From the NCBI GenBank assembly GCA_034440395.1, contig JAWXBW010000013.1, positions 4,595-68,594 on the forward strand: a stretch of 64,000 nt of DNA, written 5' to 3'. A program made the translations under genes and the position numbers. Below are positions 15,505 through 25,266 of this stretch, piece after piece; the first letter of the stretch is position 1; each line of letters begins with the position of its first letter. The DNA comes from Blastochloris sp. Its GTDB lineage: Bacteria > Verrucomicrobiota > Verrucomicrobiia > Methylacidiphilales > JAAUTS01. The notes beneath the pieces were generated by a model. The model ran no database searches. It saw nothing but the letters and a program-made list of their open reading frames with translations, and was not told where the DNA came from.

Positions 15505-16152
15505 TTATCGGCTATTCGGTGCAATCATAGGAGCCAGCGATATAAGACACTTTCCCCAAGTTCCTGAGAAAACGAACTGGCTAATGGGCTTGCGTTGTCG
15601 AGGAGCTAGATCCCGTTCCTTCATGCCAGCTGGCAGTTCATCGGCATTGGCCATGTAACCGATGGCCATGCCTGTCCAAGCTTCAGAGTGCTCTGGGATT
15701 CGGTAAAGGTCACGTGCGACATCAGGCAGGATTCCTATCATCTGATGAACAGAAATGCCACGTGCCGTCGCCTCAATGGCAAGGGTGGCAGAGGCCAGAC
15801 CTAGGTCATGCACAGCGGCCTTATTTTCCTGACCATTCTTGGTGAATCTCAAATTCGCCACCCCTAGAACCAGCACCGGAGCTTCCTTGGCCCAGAGCTG
15901 ATTGGCAGGAACAAGACAGGATAAAAGCCGCGCAAACTCAGCAGGATTATCACGGGTGGCGAGAATGTAGCTCCAAGGCTGTTCATTGTAGGAGGAGGCA
16001 GACCAGCGAGCAGCTTCGAAAAGGGAGCTTAGATCGAGAGTTGTTACCGTGCGATCAGTGAAACCATAGGGGCTCCAACGGTCAGCAATAATCGCTTGAA
16101 TAGGGTGATTGAGTGAAGCCTTTTTAATAAATTTTTTGGTTGGAGTGGTCAT
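15505..16152 (-). CDS. Nitroreductase-family protein
   Basis: 215 aa. RWSPYGF, AARWSASSYNEQPW and DLGLASATLAIEATARGI resemble the FMN nitroreductase fold. Confidence 0.7.
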   Translation of the reverse strand: MTTPTKKFIKKASLNHPIQAIIADRWSPYGFTDRTVTTLDLSSLFEAARWSASSYNEQPWSYILATRDNPAEFARLLSCLVPANQLWAKEAPVLVLGVANLRFTKNGQENKAAVHDLGLASATLAIEATARGISVHQMIGILPDVARDLYRIPEHSEAWTGMAIGYMANADELPAGMKERDLAPRQRKPISQFVFSGTWGKCLISLAPMIAPNSR

Positions 16153-16178
16153 GATTGTGGGTTCTTAGGTGTGAGCTC

Positions 16179-16469
16179 TCACGCTCGGACTGTTTCAATA
16201 GAGGCGAACTGTTTTTCTACGTGAACCTTATTTTCTTGGCTGCAGGGAAACCAATAGAGCTGCGTCTCGTTGACCTCATCATCAATGACGTTTCCTTTAT
16301 CGTTCGTGAAAAAGCGAAGTCCAATTTTTCCATGGTAACGATTAATACCAGATTGCGTCACATCTCCGAGCGGACGTGTCGGAATCATATAGTTTATGCT
16401 GACTTCATAAATGTCAGAGGAAGCTGTTTTAAGCTGGTTGGGGATTGGGCGAAGCGTTGTCGTATTCAT
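16179..16469 (-). CDS. Hypothetical protein (strand choice uncertain)
   Basis: 96-aa ORF co-directional with the flanking genes. The overlapping plus-strand ORF 16155..16505 looks less protein-like. Confidence 0.3.
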   Translation of the reverse strand: MNTTTLRPIPNQLKTASSDIYEVSINYMIPTRPLGDVTQSGINRYHGKIGLRFFTNDKGNVIDDEVNETQLYWFPCSQENKVHVEKQFASIETVRA

Positions 16470-16563
16470 TGTAGGATCACCGATTCTAAGATTTCAAAAA
16501 CATAGCCGCTATGGGGTGTTACCCAACTTCGGATTGTAACCAGAAAGTCTGAGGCACTGCCAC

Positions 16564-17226
16564 CTAAGCACAGCTTTCGACAATGCCTGTCCGAATGGCG
16601 TAACGGGTCAGGCCAGCGGTCTCATGAATATCAAGTTTTGCCATAAGATGTTCACGATGCTTTTCGACCGTCTTGATTCCAATCATAAGTTCTGCCGCCA
16701 TTTGTTTATTGGCTCTGCCTTCAGCCACTAGTTGCAATATTTCCACCTCGCGTGAAGTCAAAGGCTTATTTTGGTATTTTGATTGCACAAGTTCTCCAAA
16801 AAAGTTGTCTGAGAGACGTTTAATCCGCTCAGATATGCTCGGGCTAAAAAAACGTTTCCCAGCGTGAACTTGACGGATTGCTTTGCATACATTCTGAATA
16901 GAAATTTGCTTGATCATGTAGCCCCTCGCGCCTGAATCTATAGCTTTTTGCACGTAGGCATCATCATTGTGGCCAGAAAGAATAAGAACGTTGATCATGG
17001 GAATGGCTTTGACTATTTGGCGGGTAGCCTCTAAGCCGTTCATTTGCGGCATGGAAATGTCCATCAATATAACGTGGGGAAGTAAATCTACGGCCAGATG
17101 AATTGCCTCACGCCCGTTTCTAGCCTCTCCCACTACCTCGAAATCCTCTTCCAGTTCTAGCATGGAATGAAGGCCTTCTCGCACAATCGTGTGGTCGTCG
17201 GCAATGAGGATTTTAATTGTGTTCAT
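16564..17226 (-). CDS. NarL/FixJ-type response regulator (receiver plus LuxR HTH)
   Basis: ILIADDHTIVREGL, phospho-acceptor region VILMDISMP, and C-terminal LTSREVEILQLVAEGRANKQMAAELMIGIKTVEKHREHLMAKL. No adjacent histidine kinase. Confidence 0.85.
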   Translation of the reverse strand: MNTIKILIADDHTIVREGLHSMLELEEDFEVVGEARNGREAIHLAVDLLPHVILMDISMPQMNGLEATRQIVKAIPMINVLILSGHNDDAYVQKAIDSGARGYMIKQISIQNVCKAIRQVHAGKRFFSPSISERIKRLSDNFFGELVQSKYQNKPLTSREVEILQLVAEGRANKQMAAELMIGIKTVEKHREHLMAKLDIHETAGLTRYAIRTGIVESCA

Positions 17227-17477
17227 AGTTTCTTTGAGACTGTGACCGAATTCTCAGTCCGTCTTACAAGGGTACACTTACATCGCAGGTCTTGTGCCAA
17301 CGGGTAAATAGCCTAGGCAAACCCACGCGCTAGTTCACAAACCTTGAAGTTGATCCGACTAATGCCCGATTAAAGATAAGGGATCGGGCAATTTGCACTT
17401 CTTGGATTCAGCGGATACGAGATGGGTTAAACTAAGAAATCTAAAATAGAAATACCAAGTTGCGGTGCGAGCAGGCT

Positions 17478-17963
17478 TTATTTCTTCAAGAGGAGCTGGA
17501 GAAAAGTTTCTCCCTGGGTTTTCGCTTGTTGAAGGTCCGTGCGATGACAGGGTATGACGAGAAATGATTTACTCTCGTCCTTGGAGACTTCTTCAACTTC
17601 TAAACCTTCTATGATAACGCGGCGCTGGTTATTAACCCGTTTTTGGTTGTCTTGCGTGCGTAGTTTAATCCATGGCTCGGGCAAGCGCGCAACGCCTTCA
17701 AGGATGATCTCAGGGCTTAGGAAGCTAAAGGGAACGATTTGTAATTGCGTGTTTTTCCGCATGGGGCTGAGTTGCAACTCCTTGGCCACGATGAGAAGCT
17801 TTTTTTCTCGATCAAGTTTCATGGAGACGGTTTCCCCCAGTTTTTTAGCAGAACTCTCCATCGTCTCTTTCCAAAGAATAAAGGAGGCATCAATTTCATC
17901 TGCGTGAAGCGAGAGGAGGGATGAGCAGATGAGAAGGCCAAGACAAAGGAGGAGGGGTCTCAT
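17478..17963 (-). CDS. Secreted hypothetical protein
   Basis: 161 aa with a signal peptide (MRPLLLCLGLLICSSLLSLHA). It is the last gene of the ABC cluster. Confidence 0.5.
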   Translation of the reverse strand: MRPLLLCLGLLICSSLLSLHADEIDASFILWKETMESSAKKLGETVSMKLDREKKLLIVAKELQLSPMRKNTQLQIVPFSFLSPEIILEGVARLPEPWIKLRTQDNQKRVNNQRRVIIEGLEVEEVSKDESKSFLVIPCHRTDLQQAKTQGETFLQLLLKK

Positions 17964-17987
17964 GCTAGGTAAAAATAGGAGGATCGT

Positions 17988-18812
17988 TTACAGATCCGTT
18001 TTGGTTAGACGTTGGTAAAGGATGGCGATAAAGAGGCTGAGGTAAAGCAGAGCGGCTAAGCCACTTTCTAGGGTGCTGAGAGGAAGGAGTGCTGCGTTAG
18101 AGGTAATCATTTGTTGAGCGGATTGGGGAACAGGTAAGGGAGTAAGGCTTTGCAGAGCACTGTCGGGTAAGAAGAGTAGAAGGCGTGTCTTTGCCACGCT
18201 CAAGTAAAAGATCCAGCGGCAAACCATTTCTACAAAGAGCACATAGGCGAGGTAAGTCAGGGTGGCTAGGGCAGTCTGGCGGATAAGGAGTGCGGTCATC
18301 ATGCCAAGCAGGAGAAAGCCAAAGGCTTGGAGAAAAAAGCCCAGTAGGCAGGTCAAAGGTGGCAGGGAGAAGCCGGGGCTGGCGTGACTGAGTATGGTGC
18401 TGCTCATTCCAATAATGAGGTAGATGAGGGTGGCGAAAAGGGCGAGAGCGAGAGCGGCCAAGACTTTGGAGAGAGCTAGTTCAAAGCGGGTCAGGCCGAA
18501 GATAATGCTTTGGCGCAGTGTCTTATTACTGAACTCTAAGGTGGTCATGAAGACGCCGAGGAAACCAAGGAGAGTGGCATTAACCCAACTACCAATGTAG
18601 GCGAGAAGTTCCCAGTTCTTAGGATAAGTAAAAAGGTCTGCGGTGGGGTTAAAAGATTGGCCGTTGTTGTTGATATTGAGGCTACCCCCAATGAGGTGAG
18701 CTAGATAAACAACTAAGGCGAAAGCTCCAATGTAAAGAAGGGCGACGATGCGGAAGGTGGTGTTGGGCGAGAAGCGTTTCCACTCTAAGCTGAGGAGGTT
18801 AAGGGGGTTCAT
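17988..18812 (-). CDS. ABC-2-type transporter permease
   Basis: 274 aa with about 6 hydrophobic helices. It overlaps the upstream ABC ATPase gene by 4 nt. Confidence 0.6.
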   Translation of the reverse strand: MNPLNLLSLEWKRFSPNTTFRIVALLYIGAFALVVYLAHLIGGSLNINNNGQSFNPTADLFTYPKNWELLAYIGSWVNATLLGFLGVFMTTLEFSNKTLRQSIIFGLTRFELALSKVLAALALALFATLIYLIIGMSSTILSHASPGFSLPPLTCLLGFFLQAFGFLLLGMMTALLIRQTALATLTYLAYVLFVEMVCRWIFYLSVAKTRLLLFLPDSALQSLTPLPVPQSAQQMITSNAALLPLSTLESGLAALLYLSLFIAILYQRLTKTDL

Positions 18813-19702
18813 GATTTGGTTATCTCCAGAAATTCGACTTCTAGGCTGCGTGTCTTGGAGACAAGGTGGTCTAAGGTTATGCCGTTCTCGAAGGCTAGTT
18901 GGTTAAGCTCGCGGGGAAGGTGTCCTGCGTTAAGCTCCATGGTGAGTTTTGTCCCGTTGCGTTGCAGCTTTTTAATCCACGTGGTGGCGGTTACAAGATT
19001 AAGTAGTTTTTCCATGTCGGCTTGTGCGGCACTGATTTCTACCGTGGGAAGATCACTGAGAATGGAGCCAACGGCACCTGAGGCAAGGCGTTTACCATTT
19101 TTAATGATAGCGACGTGGGAACAAATTTTTTCCACTTCATCAAGGATGTGGCTGGCGAGGAGGATGGTTTTTCCCCGAGAAGCAATCTCTAAAATAATTT
19201 TACGGATCTGGATCATTCCTTCGGGATCAAGGCCATTGGTGGGTTCGTCGAGAATTAAGACATCAGGATCACCGATGAGACAAGCGGCTAAGGCGAGGCG
19301 CTGTTTCATGCCGAGAGAGTAGGTTTTGAACGTAGAACGGCGTCGATCTTTGAGCTGAACGAGCTCTAAAAGGGAGTCGAAGGAGGTTTGTGGAACGTTT
19401 TTGATCCCAGCGACAATGGAGAGGTTTTGATCGGCGTTAAGGTAGGGATAAAAGTTAGGAGTTTCTAATAGAGCACCGATGCGGCGGCGGACATGGGAAC
19501 CGGCTTTACCGTCGAACCATGTGTAGGTGCCGCTGCTGGGGCGAATGACATCGAGAATGGAGGCAAGTAGAGTGGTCTTACCGCTGCCGTTAGGGCCAAG
19601 AAGGCCAAAAACCTGACCAGCTTCGACGATGAGGTCTAGGTCATTAAGTGCAGCAAGAGAGCCGTATTGTTTCGTGAGATGTTGGACATGAAGAACAGGC
19701 AT
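18809..19702 (-). CDS. ABC transporter ATP-binding protein
   Basis: Walker A GPNGSGKTT, signature YSLGMKQRL, Walker B VLILDEPTNGLD, and H-loop LASHIL. Confidence 0.85.
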   Translation of the reverse strand: MPVLHVQHLTKQYGSLAALNDLDLIVEAGQVFGLLGPNGSGKTTLLASILDVIRPSSGTYTWFDGKAGSHVRRRIGALLETPNFYPYLNADQNLSIVAGIKNVPQTSFDSLLELVQLKDRRRSTFKTYSLGMKQRLALAACLIGDPDVLILDEPTNGLDPEGMIQIRKIILEIASRGKTILLASHILDEVEKICSHVAIIKNGKRLASGAVGSILSDLPTVEISAAQADMEKLLNLVTATTWIKKLQRNGTKLTMELNAGHLPRELNQLAFENGITLDHLVSKTRSLEVEFLEITKS

Positions 19703-19809
19703 AAAGAAGGGGGTTTTTGTGTAGGTAGAAGGGTATAGGGGCTGGGCAATCTTTAAGATAATTTTTTTAGATTAATGATCGTTACTTGGAAAGGGAGAAA
19801 AGATTTTAT

Positions 19810-20430
19810 TTATCTTATTTCTTGCCCGTAGCCCTTATAATTCATGTAGGCAAAGTATCCGAGAATGGCAGCCATGAAATAAAATCCGATCAAAGCAGCC
19901 CAGACGGCAAGGAGGATTGCGGCGATCATTCCGATAACGCGTGACCAGCGCATACGTTCTGGACCTAAGAGACCACGTAAAATTTGTCCTCCATCCATGG
20001 GAAGGATGGGTAAGAGATTAAAGAGTGTCCATATGACGTTGATCCAGATGGCAAAGCTTAGGACGCCTCTAAAGGCCAGCTCAGAATAAGGATAAATGAA
20101 GAAGCATATAGCGGCTAAAAAAACGCTGGCTAAAGGGCCTGCGCAGGTGATGCCTAGGTGCTGCCAGCGCGTGAAGGCGTTGTGGCCTAATAGGGTGACG
20201 CCACCTAGGGCATGGAGCTCCACCTGAGGGCGGCCTCCCCAGTAAATGGAGGCTGAGGCATGACCCAGTTCATGCACAAAGATGGAGAGGAAAACGATTC
20301 CCATCTTAAGCAAGATGAAACCCCAATCCGGAGTGTCTCGCATTTGCAAGCCGCCTGCTATAAAAAAGGCGCTTAACCAAAAGAGCAACTGCACGCGGAT
20401 GGGGATGTTGAAAAAATTAAACCTCAGCAT
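19810..20430 (-). CDS. M50 (site-2 protease) family membrane metalloprotease, no PDZ domain
   Basis: 206 aa. HELGH in a TM helix and NLLPILPMDGG as the second S2P motif. Confidence 0.7.
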   Translation of the reverse strand: MLRFNFFNIPIRVQLLFWLSAFFIAGGLQMRDTPDWGFILLKMGIVFLSIFVHELGHASASIYWGGRPQVELHALGGVTLLGHNAFTRWQHLGITCAGPLASVFLAAICFFIYPYSELAFRGVLSFAIWINVIWTLFNLLPILPMDGGQILRGLLGPERMRWSRVIGMIAAILLAVWAALIGFYFMAAILGYFAYMNYKGYGQEIR

Positions 20431-21277
20431 GGGTAGATAATCGTAAGTTTTTTAATTCTTTCAACGCACACTCTGCACTGGGGTGCCGTGCTTCTGGATA
20501 GCGTTCAATAAATTGGTGAACCCAGTTACTTAAGTCCATGCTAATATCGGGCCGGAGGGTGAGTAAGCTCACGGGTTGTTCGTTTAAGTGTGCCCGGAGA
20601 ATGTCGTTGAGTAAGTCTTTCTCGAAGGCGGGGCGGCCTGCTAAAAGGTAATAGAGGACATGTCCAAGGGCGTAAATGTCGGAGAGCATGGTAGGATTTT
20701 TTCCTTCAAGGAGCTCAGGTGAAACAAATTCGGGCGCTCCAAAAATTTCTTCACGTGCCGCCTCATTTAGCTCCTCTGTAAACCCGTCAAAGCGTGCTAG
20801 TCCGAAGTCGATAATCTTGATTCTCACCCGCCCATTGCTCAGGAGGGTAAGCATGATGTTATCTGGTTTGATGTCGCAATGGATAACAGATTTTTCGTGT
20901 AAGGCATTGAGGCCTGATAAAGCTTGTCCGGCTAACTCGACAAAATCACTCACGGCAGGCATGACGGAGTCGATGATGCTTTGCAGGTTGGGTCCTGTGA
21001 TGAGTTCCATGATTTGGTAATGACCAAGTTCGTCCTCTCCTGAGGCGTAGAGACTCATCACGTTTTCGTGCTGCACGGCTCGGAGGCAGGCCACCTCATG
21101 AGCATTTAGCGTCTCTTGCTCAACGGCGTCTTTCATTTCAGTGCGTAGGCGTTTGATAGCTACGGCATGGGAATCTTTATAATCCCATCCTAGGTAAATA
21201 TGAGAGAGCCCGCCTGAGGCCAACAGCTCATGTTGCTCATAGCGTCCGTTGATCAATATTTTTTTCTCCAGAACCAT
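20417..21277 (-). CDS. Ser/Thr protein kinase (Hanks type), catalytic domain only
   Basis: VAIKRL, HCDIKPDNIML, DFGLAR, and GAPEFVSPE. No TM or sensor domain. The 3' end overlaps the M50 gene by 14 nt. Confidence 0.8.
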   Translation of the reverse strand: MVLEKKILINGRYEQHELLASGGLSHIYLGWDYKDSHAVAIKRLRTEMKDAVEQETLNAHEVACLRAVQHENVMSLYASGEDELGHYQIMELITGPNLQSIIDSVMPAVSDFVELAGQALSGLNALHEKSVIHCDIKPDNIMLTLLSNGRVRIKIIDFGLARFDGFTEELNEAAREEIFGAPEFVSPELLEGKNPTMLSDIYALGHVLYYLLAGRPAFEKDLLNDILRAHLNEQPVSLLTLRPDISMDLSNWVHQFIERYPEARHPSAECALKELKNLRLSTHAEV

Positions 21278-21429
21278 GTGGGTATGGGTGTTAGCACACT
21301 TTTAAAAAAGAATCCACTAAACTTAGATACGACAATTAAAAGGCAGGTTAATTAAAGATCTTTTTAATGAAGGTAAACGCAGGCGGACTTCTGTAATTTT
21401 TTAAATTGGCTCTTTTTTAAAAGAGCTCT

Positions 21430-22398
21430 ATGTTTTTGCCCATGACGAAACTTGTTTTATCTCTCATTCTTTCTTGCGCCGCTGTGCTGCTGCTGAGTGC
21501 TCATGTCACTAGCATTTCTGCGGCGGAGCCGAGTTCAAATACTCTTGATTGGATGAAAGGGGATGAGGAGTCTAAACCTGAATCCAAACCAAGTAAGATT
21601 TCGCATGAAGCTTCCGTAGATTATTCGTTCGTAGCAGCCGCAGAAGTTCGGCAAGGGGATCGTGTTTTAGGGGACACGAATGTTCAAACTTCCAGCTTTA
21701 TTTATGTAGCCTCCATTCCAGTGGCTAAAGCTTGGCGCTTACGGACAGGCCTGGCGTGGGATCGCTTTTCGTTTGGTAATCCGGATAATGCGCCTCTTCC
21801 AGATACCTTGCAATCCACTACATTGGTTCTAGGGGCAGATGTGGAATTATCTGACAAATGGTTGATGCGTTTTGAGTTTCAACCAGGGATTTATTCTGAT
21901 TTTGAAAATGTGGATTCCAATGATTTTAATGTGCCCATGATTTTTGGATTTTCTTACATTGTGGATCGTAATTTGCAGTGGGTTTTCGGCGCACAGGTAA
22001 ATTTATTTAACGCCATACCTGTCATGCCTGGCGCAGGTGTGCGTTGGCAGTTTGCCGACGCTTGGACCTTAAGCCTTATTTTTCCGCAGCCTCGTATCAC
22101 GTATAAAATCAATGAGCAGTGGCAAGTCTATGCGGGTGGTGAGCTAAAGGGCGGCTCTTACCGCACGGGCAATGATTTCGGGACGAATTCTGGTAACCCT
22201 GCTTTAAACAACGCCTTAGTTAATTACACAGAAATCCGGGCGGGCGCGGGATTTTCTTACAAGATTCATCCTGCCGTCACGGTTGATTTAGATGGCGGCT
22301 GGGTGGTTAGCCGTAGCTACGATTATTTCCGAGCTGATACCAAGATGAAGTCCGACGGAGCACCGTACGCTCAGGTAGCACTTAAAGCTAAGTTTTAA
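21430..22398 (+). CDS. Outer-membrane beta-barrel protein (putative)
   Basis: 322 aa with a signal peptide, alternating amphipathic strands, and a C-terminal ...VALKAKF ending in Phe. Confidence 0.55.
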   Translation: MFLPMTKLVLSLILSCAAVLLLSAHVTSISAAEPSSNTLDWMKGDEESKPESKPSKISHEASVDYSFVAAAEVRQGDRVLGDTNVQTSSFIYVASIPVAKAWRLRTGLAWDRFSFGNPDNAPLPDTLQSTTLVLGADVELSDKWLMRFEFQPGIYSDFENVDSNDFNVPMIFGFSYIVDRNLQWVFGAQVNLFNAIPVMPGAGVRWQFADAWTLSLIFPQPRITYKINEQWQVYAGGELKGGSYRTGNDFGTNSGNPALNNALVNYTEIRAGAGFSYKIHPAVTVDLDGGWVVSRSYDYFRADTKMKSDGAPYAQVALKAKF

Positions 22399-22409
22399 AA
22401 CGAGGTCTC

Positions 22410-22769
22410 TTATCTCTGAGAGTTGCGCTTAATTTTTAAGCTGATGTAACGACATTCTGGGATGATGAATTTCCGGATTTCGAGCTCTATTTTTTGGAAT
22501 GGAAATTCTAGCAGCAGTCCGTTCGCTAGATCTTCGGCTAGGGTTTCGATTAACTTACGTTCCTTGGATTGTGTGATGACCTTGATGCTTTGAGCCACGT
22601 TAAAATAGTTAATGGTTAAGCTGACATCATCGGCTAGGGCGGCTACGCTCACGGTTTTAACTTCAAAAGTTACACTGATCTCAAGTTTTTGAATCTGAGC
22701 ACGCTCTTCGTCAGGGACGCCGATGTGGGTCCAGACTTCTAGGCATTGGATGGAGATGCTATCTGACAT
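22410..22769 (-). CDS. folB: Dihydroneopterin aldolase
   Basis: 119 aa. I..L.V..HIGV.DEER...Q.L.I.V pattern (ISIQCLEVWTHIGVPDEERAQIQKLEISV) and NYFNVAQ. Confidence 0.7.
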   Translation of the reverse strand: MSDSISIQCLEVWTHIGVPDEERAQIQKLEISVTFEVKTVSVAALADDVSLTINYFNVAQSIKVITQSKERKLIETLAEDLANGLLLEFPFQKIELEIRKFIIPECRYISLKIKRNSQR

Positions 22770-22788
22770 GGTGGGTAAGGACTAACTC

Positions 22789-23370
22789 TTAGCATGTAAT
22801 AAGTGATTGTAAAACTTCTGGCAGCAAACGATGTTCTTGTTCTTGAATGCGGCGGTGCAGTGTTTCAGCCGTGTCAGAGGCTAGAACGGGCACCCGCGCC
22901 TGCTTGATAACAGGGCCACCGTCTAGGCTGTCATCGACCCAATGCACGCTGCAGCCCGTCTCATGCACACCGGCTTCAAGGGCTTGTTTCCAAGCGGCTA
23001 GACCTTTAAAAGCTGGTAGGAGAGAGGGGTGGATATTGAGGATTTTACCAGGAAAGGCTTTTAAGAGAGGCTCTTTAATGACCCTCATAAATCCAGCGAG
23101 GACGAGGAGATCGGCTCCGCTTTTAATGAAGGCTTTAGCTAAGGCTTCTTCGATTTCTGGTTCCAGTTTAGTTTTAAAACGGCTGGGTGGGCAAATGTAA
23201 GTAGGGAGGGAGCGTTGGCTGGCCTCATGAAGAATTTGGGCTTGGGGCAGGTCGCTGGCGACGAGTTGAACCGTGGCGTGAAGTTGGCCAGCGGAAATGG
23301 CGTGGAGCAGGGCGACAAAATTAGAGCCTCGACCGGAGCCTAGGACGCCTAGTTTGAGAGGAGATTTCAT
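22789..23370 (-). CDS. purN: Phosphoribosylglycinamide formyltransferase
   Basis: 193 aa. LGVLGSGRGSNF, LVLAGFMRV, NIHPSLLPAFKG, and GCSVHWVDDSLDGGPVI. Confidence 0.85.
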   Translation of the reverse strand: MKSPLKLGVLGSGRGSNFVALLHAISAGQLHATVQLVASDLPQAQILHEASQRSLPTYICPPSRFKTKLEPEIEEALAKAFIKSGADLLVLAGFMRVIKEPLLKAFPGKILNIHPSLLPAFKGLAAWKQALEAGVHETGCSVHWVDDSLDGGPVIKQARVPVLASDTAETLHRRIQEQEHRLLPEVLQSLITC

Positions 23371-23505
23371 AAGTCTGGAAGCAATTTGGCGATACTAATA
23401 TTGGTTTTAACTTGACCCTATTCACTGATGCAGCAACATCCCACACTGTGCAATAGGAAAGTCTCGGGCTAACTAGGAAGGGGTTGCCTATTTAGCAAAT
23501 GATTT

Positions 23506-24990
23506 ATGTTTGGAATTCTTTGGTTCGTTAGTTACTCATTAGTGGTCATAGGCCTTTCAGCCTATGGACTTCATCGTTTCTGGATGGTTTATACGTATTA
23601 TAAACATAAACATAAAAAAGTTAATCCACTTTCTCGCTTCACGGAATTACCCACAGTGACGGTGCAACTGCCTATCTTCAACGAGTTGTATGTGGTGGAG
23701 CGATTAATCCGTTCCGTCGTAGAATTAGACTACCCTAAGCATCTCTTAGAAATTCAAGTCCTAGATGATTCCACAGACGAAACCAAAGAGCTGGCTCAGC
23801 GTGTCATTAAAGAATATCAAGCACTAGGATTCCAAGTGGAGCATCTACACCGCGTGGATCGGCAGGGGTTTAAGGCAGGAGCTTTACAAGCAGGGATGAA
23901 GAAGGCTAAGGGCGAGTTTATCCTTATTTTTGATGCAGATTTCTTGCCGCCGCCATCCATCATTGAGCAGACCCTCCACTACTTTACTGACCCCAATGTA
24001 GGAATGATCCAAACCCGTTGGGGACATATCAATCGCAGCTCTAATTTCCTTACTAAAGTGCAGGCGCTCTTACTTGATGGTCATTTAATGATCGAACAAA
24101 CAGCGCGCAATCGTAGTGGTCGATTCTTTAATTTTAACGGCACGGCTGGCATCTGGAGAAAAACCTGTATTGAGGATGCTGGCGGCTGGCAGCACGACAC
24201 GTTAACGGAAGACTTAGATCTAAGCTATCGGGCGCAAATCAAGGGTTGGAGATTTATTTTTGTTCCCGACGTGATTACACCCGCCGAGTTGCCCATGGAA
24301 ATGAACGCGTTTAAAGCGCAACAACATCGTTGGGCTAAGGGTGCAATCCAAACTTGTAAAAAGATTTTACCCCGGGTTTGGGAAAGTTCCTTACCCTTAA
24401 AAATCAAACTGGAAGCCACCTTTCATTTAACCTCAAACTTCGCCTACTTACTGCTAGCACTCTTGGCTATTCTCATTCAACCCAATCCGAATTATGCGGG
24501 CTTTCAATGGAAATCGATCATGATAGTTGATATTCCTATTTTCATGATGGCGTCCTTCTCTATCTTTGTTTTCTATGGAGTGGTTCTGCGGGAACTGAAG
24601 TATCCTTGGTATAAAGTGTTCATTTACGTGCCTATGCTCATTGCGACGGGAATCGGACTTTGTTTGAATAATGCTAAAGCTGTTCTAGAAGCTCTGTTTA
24701 ATCATCACACAGATTTTGCTCGCACCCCTAAATACGGTGCTGGCACAGCAGCAGATAAATGGTGGAAGCAAAAATATAAATCAGCCCATTCTTTTCTACC
24801 TTGGTTAGAGCTAGCCATGGCTGGTTACTATCTCTATCTCGTCCATTTCGCTTGGCAAAATAAACTGTGGGTTTCTCTGCCCTTCTTCGCTCTTTTTGTC
24901 ATTGGCTTTGGCTTTGCTGGATTTTACTCCCTTTTTCAACGTTCAGCGTTGTCTCCGTGGCTCGGACGCCTCAAGGGATTAGGGACTTAG
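23506..24990 (+). CDS. Processive family-2 glycosyltransferase (CslA / cellulose-synthase-like)
   Basis: 494 aa. QVLDDSTDET, FDADF, QTRWGHIN, NGTAGIWR, TEDLDLSYRA, and QQHRW (QxxRW), with N- and C-terminal TM helices. Confidence 0.8.
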   Translation: MFGILWFVSYSLVVIGLSAYGLHRFWMVYTYYKHKHKKVNPLSRFTELPTVTVQLPIFNELYVVERLIRSVVELDYPKHLLEIQVLDDSTDETKELAQRVIKEYQALGFQVEHLHRVDRQGFKAGALQAGMKKAKGEFILIFDADFLPPPSIIEQTLHYFTDPNVGMIQTRWGHINRSSNFLTKVQALLLDGHLMIEQTARNRSGRFFNFNGTAGIWRKTCIEDAGGWQHDTLTEDLDLSYRAQIKGWRFIFVPDVITPAELPMEMNAFKAQQHRWAKGAIQTCKKILPRVWESSLPLKIKLEATFHLTSNFAYLLLALLAILIQPNPNYAGFQWKSIMIVDIPIFMMASFSIFVFYGVVLRELKYPWYKVFIYVPMLIATGIGLCLNNAKAVLEALFNHHTDFARTPKYGAGTAADKWWKQKYKSAHSFLPWLELAMAGYYLYLVHFAWQNKLWVSLPFFALFVIGFGFAGFYSLFQRSALSPWLGRLKGLGT

Positions 24991-24993
24991 GGT

Positions 24994-25266
24994 ATGGAAT
25001 TTGATTGGAGTTTATTTTTCTCAAAAGACGTCCGCCCCGAAGAAGTGGCGGAAAGTTACGAGGACCCTTTCTCCGTTCGACTCATGCCAGATAAGGGAGC
25101 TATCGCCCAGATGAGCCGCTTTTGCTGCTTAGGAATGTCTCTGAGTAACCGTGGCGTATTCTCCATCTACAGCTCCAATGGAAAACAAATTAAAGTTGTC
25201 GCCGCCCGACCGATGACGGCAGATGAGGAATTTTTCTATAACCGTAAAATACGGGAATTTTTGTAA
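24994..25266 (+). CDS. BrnT-like (DUF497) toxin
   Basis: 90 aa. MEFDW..., EDPFSV, and ...IKVVAARPMTADEEFFY match the DUF497 pattern. It is followed with a 1-nt overlap by a BrnA-like gene. Confidence 0.5.
   Translation: MEFDWSLFFSKDVRPEEVAESYEDPFSVRLMPDKGAIAQMSRFCCLGMSLSNRGVFSIYSSNGKQIKVVAARPMTADEEFFYNRKIREFL

Noticed and set aside
16155-16505. 116-aa plus-strand ORF
   Set aside because: It overlaps the co-directional minus-strand 96-aa ORF, and its sequence is Cys/Arg/Ile-rich and unprotein-like. Neither ORF is strongly supported, and the minus one is kept only at low confidence.
17363-17390. 8-bp perfect hairpin TGCCCGAT...ATCGGGCA as a terminator of the 161-aa gene
   Set aside because: It has no adjacent U-tract on either strand and lies 88 nt from the stop. 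It is noted only as a possible structure.
18816-19322. 168-aa plus-strand ORF, and many similar 60-130-aa ORFs nested in zwf, dnaJ, uvrA, atp genes and others
   Set aside because: All lie antisense or out of frame inside genes with strong family motifs. They are Ser/Arg/Leu-rich shadow frames with no independent evidence.
21288-21320. TTAGCAC half-site resembling CIRCE
   Set aside because: No matching GAGTGCTAA half lies 9 nt downstream, and the flanking genes are a kinase and a porin-like protein, not chaperones.
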